From contig CAYQZQ010000001.1 of the NCBI GenBank assembly GCA_964422035.1, forward strand, positions 313,013-377,012: a stretch of DNA of 64,000 nt. Direction: 5' to 3'. Shown piece by piece: positions 57,726 to 64,000 of this stretch (within the stretch, counting starts at the first letter, position 1; each line of letters begins with the position of its first letter). Source of the stretch: an uncultured Pseudomonadales bacterium. Lineage in GTDB: Bacteria > Patescibacteriota > Microgenomatia > UBA1400 > Chazhemtobacteraceae. The position numbers and the translations under genes were made by a program. The notes under the pieces were generated by a model that saw only the letters and a program-made list of their open reading frames with translations, searched no databases and was not told the DNA's origin.

Positions 57726-58148
57726 CTATTGCTCAAACTGAGTATCGCTATCTAAAAGAGGACTCTCTTGAAGATCCAATCGTACCAACTGAGCCTCATT
57801 TTGGGGAAAGAAGCGACGGACTTCATCTGGCTCATACTTATCATCAATCTGATCAAGATGATCTTTCATATCAACCGCTTCATCGAGAGTGACTGTAGCA
57901 GGAATTTTAACGGCTGCAATCTCTACTAGGCATTGGTTTATTTCTTGTAAATCCTGATACCAAGCAGGAGGATCGTTTTCTGCTATGTCAAGAGGAAGAA
58001 ATAAGTAGATCTGCTCATCAACAGATTCATACAAGAAAGGAAGAGTGGTGTGACGATATTGGTTATTATCAGGATTTTCGGTATGAAGAATAAGTTCGTC
58101 TACTCCTAGAAAATCTTGATCGAGATTTTGGTTTGGTTTGATTGACAT
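57726..58148 (-). CDS. Hypothetical acidic protein
   Basis: 140-aa ORF, very Asp/Glu-rich. No motif. Confidence 0.4.
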   Translation of the reverse strand: MSIKPNQNLDQDFLGVDELILHTENPDNNQYRHTTLPFLYESVDEQIYLFLPLDIAENDPPAWYQDLQEINQCLVEIAAVKIPATVTLDEAVDMKDHLDQIDDKYEPDEVRRFFPQNEAQLVRLDLQESPLLDSDTQFEQ

Positions 58149-58212
58149 AAATATATGATAACAAAAAGAATTAATATTTTAAGGAAGCTAAGTTCAATGG
58201 TAAGATTAATTT

Positions 58213-59331
58213 ATGAAAAGATGGAAGTTTAAACTTGCTGTTGTAACCCTGATAAGTAGCTTGGTTGTCTGGTTACCCTTTACGTTACAGATTGAGCTCC
58301 CAGGATGGGTTTTGAATTTTAAACAAGGAATGGGGGTAGTTTTTGCAAACTTTGATGGACCCAACTACATAATCGTAGCTAAAACCTGGTACCAAAAGGC
58401 ATTAATCGGTAGGCTGTTTTCAAACCCATTACCACTTGAGTACTATCCAGCTCACTTCCCTTTATATCCGGCACTGATTAGACTGTTTGACTTTGTAATG
58501 ACTGGCCCTTGGGCGATGTTAACGGCAACAGTATTGGGAACTATACTGGCTAGCTGGGCCTTTTACCGCTTACTTTTATCTATTGAAGTGAAAAATGCCA
58601 AGTGGATTAGTCTAGTTTTTTTGTTCTTTCCAGCCAGATGGTTGATTGTTAGAACTGTAGGAAGCCCTGAACCATGGTTTATCTTGTTTACTCTCTCTTC
58701 AATTTTGGCTTACAAAGATAAAAAGTACTGGCTAGCTGGATTGTGGGGCGGGCTAGCCACTTTAACCAAGAGTCCGGGGGTTTTACTTTTAGCAGGGTAC
58801 GGTGTTGACTGGCTGATAAAAGGCTTTAAGAGAAAGAAGTGGGAGTGGAATTGCTGGCCGGTAGTTTCAATGATTTTAGTTGTGCCTTTATTGTTCTGGT
58901 TTTATCAAAAACAAACAGGTGACTTTTGGGCGTACTTTAACAGCGGAGATAACTTTCATCTATTCTGGCCACCTTTCTCGATTTTCTCTCCTAAAGGACA
59001 CTTCTGGACAGGTGACTTTTGGCTAGAAGAGATTATATGGTTGTGGCTTATTTATGGACTGGGAATTTTGAAACTGTGGAAGAAAAAACTGAATGTTGAA
59101 GCAAGTTTTGCAAGTGTATTTTGGTTGAGCACTTTGTTTGTAGCTCATCGGGATATTGCACGATACATATTACCCATCTTTCCTCTGGTATTGATTGGTT
59201 GGGAAGAGATGATTAGAAGTCGTGAGTTTAAGATATTGATGGCTGTTTTGATTATCCCGATTTTGTTGTTTACCTGGAGTTTTATGCTTAACAACACCGC
59301 ACCTGTAGCTGATTGGACGCCGTATCTGTAA
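58213..59331 (+). CDS. PIG-V / GPI-mannosyltransferase-II-like (GT76-like) membrane glycosyltransferase, paralog of 9910-11052
   Basis: FDGPNYIIVAKTWY...YYPAHFPLYPALIRL, the same signature as the 9910-11052 protein. ~10 TM helices. Confidence 0.6.
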   Translation: MKRWKFKLAVVTLISSLVVWLPFTLQIELPGWVLNFKQGMGVVFANFDGPNYIIVAKTWYQKALIGRLFSNPLPLEYYPAHFPLYPALIRLFDFVMTGPWAMLTATVLGTILASWAFYRLLLSIEVKNAKWISLVFLFFPARWLIVRTVGSPEPWFILFTLSSILAYKDKKYWLAGLWGGLATLTKSPGVLLLAGYGVDWLIKGFKRKKWEWNCWPVVSMILVVPLLFWFYQKQTGDFWAYFNSGDNFHLFWPPFSIFSPKGHFWTGDFWLEEIIWLWLIYGLGILKLWKKKLNVEASFASVFWLSTLFVAHRDIARYILPIFPLVLIGWEEMIRSREFKILMAVLIIPILLFTWSFMLNNTAPVADWTPYL

Positions 59332-59343
59332 ACAAGGGAAAGA

Positions 59344-59811
59344 CTAGTTAAGAAGAAATATTTGCCAGTTTAGATAAGAAGCAAAGCTAACCCAGAGAAT
59401 GTAGGGAACAAGTAACCAGCCAGCCGGTTTGGAGATTGAGTAGAACTTGAGGATGTTAATTAAGATGGCAATCCATAAGATGATGATCTCGATACCGGCA
59501 TAGAGAGGTCTTTGCAGGGCAAAGAAAAGACCTGACCAGGTGACGTTTAAGATTAACTGAATAGCGAAAATTAAATAGGCAGTTTTTTTAGAAGCAGAAT
59601 CAGGTGCTGTCCAGATTAGATATAAACTGACACCCATCATTATAAAGAGAACCGTCCAAACAGGGGCAAAAATCCAGTTAGGTGGATTAAGAGCAGGTTT
59701 TTGTAGTTGAGAATACCAGGAGGAGATATTGGGAGCAGTCAAAAGCGAGCCTATACCAGCAGCGACTTGGGGTATGGCAATGGAGATAATAAATTTAATT
59801 AGATTACTCAT
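59344..59811 (-). CDS. tspO: TspO/MBR family tryptophan-rich sensory protein
   Basis: WYSQLQKPALNPPNWIFAPVWTVLFIMMG ... LNVTWSGLFFALQ ... LLVPYILWVSFASYLN. Five TM helices; matches the TspO consensus along its length. Confidence 0.8.
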   Translation of the reverse strand: MSNLIKFIISIAIPQVAAGIGSLLTAPNISSWYSQLQKPALNPPNWIFAPVWTVLFIMMGVSLYLIWTAPDSASKKTAYLIFAIQLILNVTWSGLFFALQRPLYAGIEIIILWIAILINILKFYSISKPAGWLLVPYILWVSFASYLNWQIFLLN

Positions 59812-61030
59812 CTTTTTTCCAGATAACTAAGTTGTACATTAACCAGTTATAAGGAATGATTAAAAAGCCGATGGAGAAAACAAGAGAGGCTTGGCGTACA
59901 AGAGTGGTGTCGCCGAATAGTAACGTAGCAAGACCAATGACTACAAACTGAATAACAACAGCTCCCAGAGAAGTTAAGTTAAATTGAAGGAACTTTAAGA
60001 CTAGCCTGAAAGGATGAAGGATTTTTTGAGATGAGAAAGTCCAGAAGTTATTAAACAGGAAGTTACTTATGATTGACAGCTCAGCCGCAAAAGCACCTGA
60101 CCAAGAGTTGGGGTTAGCTAAAAGCTTAAGCCCCCTGGTATTTTCAAAATGTGAGAAGTCGCTTGATAAGGCTTTGATAAATGCACGTCCGCGGAAAAAC
60201 TCAAGGGCGACAGCGTTGATTGCAAAACCAATAAAGCCGACGGTAGCGAATTTAAGGAATTTTTGTGTTTGAGGATCTTTTAATCTTAATAAGATAACTG
60301 TTCTAAAGATATCTTTGGATGTCTTGGAAGTAATTTTAGACTCTCCAGCTTGGCGTAGGTTAAACTTTAAAGGAATCTCCTCTATTTGAGCTCCTAGCTT
60401 AACCATCTTGTATAAAAACTCAAGCTTGTAACCGAAGTTTTGAGAATAAAGATTGTCCATGTCCATTTGATCGACAAAACCTTTAACTCTGGAAGCTTTT
60501 AAGCCGGTAGTGGGATCAGTGATTTTAAAGAAAGTTTTAGAGGGAAGAAACAAGATTGAACGAGCAATAAGACCGCCGATTGAGGAAAAGAAGCGGCGTT
60601 TAAGCCCCCATCCTTTGGGGGTTGAACCACCTTTAATTTTGCGGGAACCTAAAACATAGTCAGCCCCGTCTTCAATTTTTTTAAGTAGTTGCGGAATGGC
60701 TTCTGGTGGATGTTGAAAATCGCCGTCAAACTCGATTATCACGTCTGCATCGAGTTTATCCATGGCTTCTTTAAAGCCTTTTACGTATGCTCCACCGATG
60801 CCAACTTTATCAGGATTTAATAAAAGATAAAGGTCGTCATATTTTTTCTGTTTTTCTTGAACTATTTTGTAGGTGCCATCAGGTGAGGTGTCGTCAACTA
60901 TTAGAAGTTGCATCTGCCAGTTTTCAATATCAGGAAAAGTCTTTTCGAACAGGTGATCGATCATTTCACCAATGGTCTTGGCTTCGTTATAAGTGGGAAT
61001 TACTACTATGGCTTTTCTTTTACTGGTCAT
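59804..61030 (-). CDS. GT2 (Dpm1-like) glycosyltransferase fused to C-terminal GtrA-like 4-TM domain
   Basis: IVVIPTYNEAKTIGEMI ... LLIVDDTSPDGT ... EFDGDFQHPP, then ~130 aa of 4 TM helices (FATVGFIGFAINAVALEFF...) as in GtrA-family proteins. Confidence 0.7.
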   Translation of the reverse strand: MTSKRKAIVVIPTYNEAKTIGEMIDHLFEKTFPDIENWQMQLLIVDDTSPDGTYKIVQEKQKKYDDLYLLLNPDKVGIGGAYVKGFKEAMDKLDADVIIEFDGDFQHPPEAIPQLLKKIEDGADYVLGSRKIKGGSTPKGWGLKRRFFSSIGGLIARSILFLPSKTFFKITDPTTGLKASRVKGFVDQMDMDNLYSQNFGYKLEFLYKMVKLGAQIEEIPLKFNLRQAGESKITSKTSKDIFRTVILLRLKDPQTQKFLKFATVGFIGFAINAVALEFFRGRAFIKALSSDFSHFENTRGLKLLANPNSWSGAFAAELSIISNFLFNNFWTFSSQKILHPFRLVLKFLQFNLTSLGAVVIQFVVIGLATLLFGDTTLVRQASLVFSIGFLIIPYNWLMYNLVIWKKDE

Positions 61031-61067
61031 GAAAAAAATTATAGCGTGTTAAATCTAAACTGCAAAG

Positions 61068-61280
61068 TTATTCGTGCTGGTGATGAGGTTTTTGTTGAAA
61101 ATGAACTTGTTTGCGCTCACCATCTTTGGTGTAGACATAAGTTTTATCTGGATCTTCATCCTGAGTTTTTTTATGAGAACCATCACAGAAAGGCTGGTTT
61201 TTAGAAAGACCACACATACAGATCCACTTATCACCCACTTTTTTAGGAGCTTGTTCTTTTTTCTTTACTAGACGTGTCAT
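61068..61280 (-). CDS. CDGSH-type iron-sulfur domain protein
   Basis: CMCGLSKNQPFCDGSHKK matches C-x-C-x2-S-x3-P-x-CDGSH. Confidence 0.7.
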   Translation of the reverse strand: MTRLVKKKEQAPKKVGDKWICMCGLSKNQPFCDGSHKKTQDEDPDKTYVYTKDGERKQVHFQQKPHHQHE

Positions 61281-61305
61281 GAGTTAATCTTATCAGGAAA
61301 AAGGG

Positions 61306-61917
61306 TTAGGAGATAGCTTCTGAGAGGTTGTCTTGAACTTGATCCCAGTTGATGAGGTTTAGAAAAGCTTTGAGGTATTGGCCGCGTTTGTTTTGATACT
61401 TAAGGTAGTAAGCGTGCTCCCAGACATCAACACCGAGAATGGGGGTTTGTCCTTGAGATAGTGGTGCGAACTGGTTTGGAGTTGATACAAGTTTGAGTGA
61501 GTTGTCATCTAAGACTAGCCAGCCCCATCCACTACCAAACCTTGAAGCAGCTGTGTCAACGAATTTTTCTTGGAAAGTTTCAAGTGATCCGAAGGTGTCG
61601 TTAATCATACTTGAGAGCTCACCTTCTGGCTGACCGCCACCTTGAGGTGACATAATTTGCCAGAAAAGAGAGTGGTTGTAATGGCCGCCACCATTGTTGC
61701 GGACTGCCGTGCGTATTTCTGTAGGAATTGTGTCTAAGTCTTCAAGTAGCTTCTTTACACTTTTATCTTTGAGATTATCGTACCCTTCTATAGCCTTGTT
61801 TAACTTATCTACATAACCTTGATGGTGCTTACCATGATGAATCTTCATGGTCTGCTCGTCAATGTGGGGCTTGAGGGCGTCGTATGAGTATGGAAGTTTT
61901 GGTAATTCATGTACCAT
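61306..61917 (-). CDS. Fe/Mn superoxide dismutase
   Basis: [10 protein letters not shown] (metal ligands), DVWEHAYYL (D-x-W-E-H-AYY signature). 203 aa. Confidence 0.9.
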   Translation of the reverse strand: MVHELPKLPYSYDALKPHIDEQTMKIHHGKHHQGYVDKLNKAIEGYDNLKDKSVKKLLEDLDTIPTEIRTAVRNNGGGHYNHSLFWQIMSPQGGGQPEGELSSMINDTFGSLETFQEKFVDTAASRFGSGWGWLVLDDNSLKLVSTPNQFAPLSQGQTPILGVDVWEHAYYLKYQNKRGQYLKAFLNLINWDQVQDNLSEAIS

Positions 61918-61982
61918 GTAAGTCTTAGTTTATTGCATGCAGCAAGTTTGTCAAGATGTAAACTGATGGATGCATAAAAAGG

Positions 61983-62993
61983 CTAGTCAATAAACTTTGG
62001 CTGGGCCCAGTTTTCTTGAAACACGGTTGAGGTCTTCTGTTCAATAAGCTCTTTGTCTTGATAGATTAAATCAACCACTAGACCGCGACGGGTTTTTTGA
62101 CTCCACATCTGATCGAAAATAAAGTTGCCTAAAGAATAATAGACCGGACTTTGATTAATCATTTGAGAGTCTTGAATCCAGTGCGGGTGGTGGCCGAAGA
62201 TAACATCAACTCCTAAGTCAACAAGTTGGCTGGCCCATTTTCTTTGTAGCGCACTGGCGGTGGCAGTATATTCATGCCCCCAATGGATGCTGGCAACGAG
62301 GGTGTCTACCTTAGAATCAGAGGTTTTGACAAGGTCAAGATCATTTTGATCAGGACCGGCGGCAATATAGTTGAAGCCTAAAAACCCCAATTGGTGATTA
62401 TCTACACTTTTGATGACTAGATTATCTAAACCGATCGCTGAGATGTTAAAACTTTGCAAATGCTCTAATGTTTCTTGCAAGCCCTGGTCTCCATAGTTGT
62501 GTGAGTGATTGTTAGCTAAAGAAACCACAGAAATGTTAGCGGCCTTTAGATTTTTTAACATATCAACAGTTGAGCAAAACTTGTAGCCAGTGGTATGGGG
62601 CGGACAATTTTGTATAACTGGGTTTTCTAAGTTAGCTATGACAATATCTGATTGATTTAAAGGCTCTTTTACATGCTGAACTGGATAGAGAGGATCGTTT
62701 TTACTATGAGTGGTAGTCATGACTGTTCGACCCAACATAATATCACCTAAGAGGGTAAGTTTTACTTTTTTTGAGGGGGTGGGAGTGATGATTGGTGCTT
62801 GATAATCTCTTGAGGCTGGTGTAGGCTGTAAAAAATTAGCAGTCTCGGGTAGAGAGTAAGAATTGAGCTGATTGAGTACATAGATTGATACAGCCGCTAA
62901 AAGTATCAATATTGGTAGCAAAACTGGCAGTTTTCCAGGTAGGCGCGTAGGGTATTTAGGCATTTTTGAGAGAAACAAAGGTAAATGGTCCAA
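61983..62993 (-). CDS. CapA/PgsA-family metallophosphoesterase (poly-gamma-glutamate capsule synthesis-like)
   Basis: N-terminal TM anchor. GNLENPV, ANNHSHNYG, IHWGHEY, IFGHHPHWIQ metallophosphatase-type motifs. Confidence 0.65.
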   Translation of the reverse strand: MDHLPLFLSKMPKYPTRLPGKLPVLLPILILLAAVSIYVLNQLNSYSLPETANFLQPTPASRDYQAPIITPTPSKKVKLTLLGDIMLGRTVMTTTHSKNDPLYPVQHVKEPLNQSDIVIANLENPVIQNCPPHTTGYKFCSTVDMLKNLKAANISVVSLANNHSHNYGDQGLQETLEHLQSFNISAIGLDNLVIKSVDNHQLGFLGFNYIAAGPDQNDLDLVKTSDSKVDTLVASIHWGHEYTATASALQRKWASQLVDLGVDVIFGHHPHWIQDSQMINQSPVYYSLGNFIFDQMWSQKTRRGLVVDLIYQDKELIEQKTSTVFQENWAQPKFID

Positions 62994-63579
62994 AAGACTC
63001 TTGCGTCAATCCTTTTTCGGTCTTAATAAAGCGTTTTAGTTGATTTTTTATGGGGCAAACGACAACTCCTTGTAGTTTTAGTTGCTGGGCCCATGCAGGA
63101 GGCAGCTTGGAACTGGCAGCAGCAGCCACGATAGCTGAGAAGTGATCATCGGGAAATAGCTTTTCTCGAGCATTGCCATTTTTGATGGTGACGTTATTTA
63201 TATTCAAAGAACTTAAAACTTGCCTGGAGGTTTTGACTAGAGAATCTATTATTTCTATGCCGACTACCTGTCTGTATAGATGAGAGAGAATGGCTGATTG
63301 ATAGCCGGAACCAGAGCCGATATCTAGAACGATTTGATGGTCCGGTGATGAGATGTATGCCAGCTGAACTATTTTGGCGACTGTATATGGCTGACTGATG
63401 GTAGCTGAATCACCAATAGGTAAAGCTTGGTCAGTGTATGCTTTATCATCAAGATAGTCAGGGACGAATTGGTGGCGAGGTGTTTTTATGAAAGCGTTGA
63501 GAACATCAGGGTCATCAATATCACGAGCTTTAAGTTGCGTTTTGACCATCTGGCGGGCTTTTTCTTGCCAGTTATTCAT
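62956..63579 (-). CDS. pcm: Protein-L-isoaspartate O-methyltransferase
   Basis: TISQPYTVA (pre-motif I), VLDIGSGSGYQSAILS (motif I), VVGIEIIDSL, GVVVCPI. Confidence 0.8.
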   Translation of the reverse strand: MNNWQEKARQMVKTQLKARDIDDPDVLNAFIKTPRHQFVPDYLDDKAYTDQALPIGDSATISQPYTVAKIVQLAYISSPDHQIVLDIGSGSGYQSAILSHLYRQVVGIEIIDSLVKTSRQVLSSLNINNVTIKNGNAREKLFPDDHFSAIVAAAASSKLPPAWAQQLKLQGVVVCPIKNQLKRFIKTEKGLTQESFGPFTFVSLKNA

Positions 63580-63636
63580 TGGTTTAAGAGTATCATAAAT
63601 GAGATATACTTTAATTTAGAAGGGTGGTGATATAGC

Positions 63637-63810
63637 ATGAAGCAGATAAATTTTAAGAAAGGATTTGAGAAGATTGGTTTTAGAACTCCGAGATGGCATA
63701 GAGTAAAAAAGTCAATGGAAAATTATGTCAAGAGTAAGCTGAAAAGAAGAAAACTTAGAAAGAGTGCTTTGGAGAAAATGCTTGAAAAACAGCAAATCAA
63801 AAAAGAATAA
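63637..63810 (+). CDS. Small basic hypothetical protein (57 aa)
   Basis: ATG preceded by GGTGGTGA RBS-like. Lys/Arg-rich [25 protein letters not shown].... Below the ORF-track length cut-off. Uncertain. Confidence 0.3.
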   Translation: MKQINFKKGFEKIGFRTPRWHRVKKSMENYVKSKLKRRKLRKSALEKMLEKQQIKKE

Positions 63811-63824
63811 GTATAATAAGAGCT

Positions 63825-64000
63825 ATGAAGATAGATATCATAACGGCCTTTCCTGAAATGTTTAAAGGGCCTTTTTCAGAAAGTATTGTAAGTAGAGCAC
63901 AAGACGAAGGATTGGTGAGCGTTAATGTGTTTGATCTTCGCCAGTGGACGGAGGATAAACACAGAACGATTGACTCCCCTCCTTATGGCGGTGGCCCAGG
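63825..64000 (+). CDS. trmD: tRNA (guanine37-N1)-methyltransferase, 5' partial
   Basis: [58 protein letters not shown] matches the TrmD N-terminus (IDIITLFPEMF...DKHR.VDD.PYGGG). Confidence 0.85.
   Translation, partial: MKIDIITAFPEMFKGPFSESIVSRAQDEGLVSVNVFDLRQWTEDKHRTIDSPPYGGGP

Noticed and set aside
10286-61271. Numerous 60-120-aa ORFs antisense to, or frame-shifted within, the large glycosyltransferase genes (e.g. 10286-10549, 11766-11981, 13328-13531, 15081-15347, 16638-17829 group, 26453-26659, 27906-28100, 29489-30423 group, 32403-32603, 33714-33923, 35269-35484, 36115-36351, 37273-37488, 38502-38708, 40018-40230, 40745-40960, 42276-42479, 44870-45067, 45728-45919, 53119-53868 group, 54543-54797, 55300-55512, 56363-56725, 57102-57320, 57680-57892, 60069-60272, 60787-61204 group, 61074-61271, 63427-63630)
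   Set aside because: Each overlaps a longer ORF that carries recognisable family motifs. The short ORFs lack motifs and RBS context. They are expected by chance at ~40% GC.
61306-61917. Deciding between sodA (Mn) and sodB (Fe) for the superoxide dismutase
   Set aside because: Metal specificity depends on a few second-sphere residues that I cannot score reliably by eye. Left as Fe/Mn-SOD.

Overview
This window reads as a compact, moderately AT-rich (roughly 40% GC by eye) bacterial chromosome segment. Its hallmarks point to a Candidate Phyla Radiation / Patescibacteria-type organism; that taxonomic call is an inference, not a demonstrated placement.

(1) Positions 1-4585 hold a short sugar-modification gene set: a GT2, a SAM-methyltransferase, an NAD-epimerase/dehydratase, a Dpm1-like GT2 and an MBL hydrolase.

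(2) Positions 4785-9911 hold an rRNA locus: tRNA-Ala(UGC), 23S and 5S, with no 16S or tRNA-Ile in the window. The 23S gene is split by four group I intron insertions. Two are tandem ORF-less introns near E. coli site ~1917-1931. One carries a LAGLIDADG homing endonuclease near site ~2449. One ORF-less intron sits near site ~2593. The locus has flanking processing-stem complementarity and a bidirectional terminator.

(3) Positions 9910-37388 hold an unusually large minus-strand glycosylation supercluster. It contains about 17 polytopic GT-C-type membrane glycosyltransferases falling into at least 5 paralogous families. These include five tandem ArnT/PMT-like paralogs, PMT_2-like proteins and PIG-V/GPI-mannosyltransferase-II-like proteins. 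They are interleaved with about 11 GT2 and 2 GT4 soluble glycosyltransferases, a Wzx-type flippase, a 1065-aa membrane protein and DHH/DHHA1 phosphoesterases.

(4) Positions 37413-47832 hold a mixed housekeeping/accessory block: a DHH phosphoesterase, a cation/H+ antiporter, a LytR_C protein, an SDR and PGK. A candidate cobalamin riboswitch with its own sigma70-like promoter sits in front of an uncharacterised Zn-ribbon protein. The block also holds a tyrosine recombinase with small hypothetical genes and a solo MNT-like nucleotidyltransferase.

(5) Positions 47829-61030 hold a second GT-C/GT2 block. It includes repeated Dpm1-like GT2 + ArnT-like GT-C modules, a GT2-GtrA fusion and a second DHH phosphoesterase inside the operon.

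(6) Positions 59344-64000 hold TspO, a CDGSH Fe-S protein, Fe/Mn superoxide dismutase, CapA-like and PIMT genes, and the start of trmD.

All protein calls rest on motifs I recognise from memory, with no searches run. Coordinates for minus-strand starts follow the longest-ORF track and may be off by a few codons.
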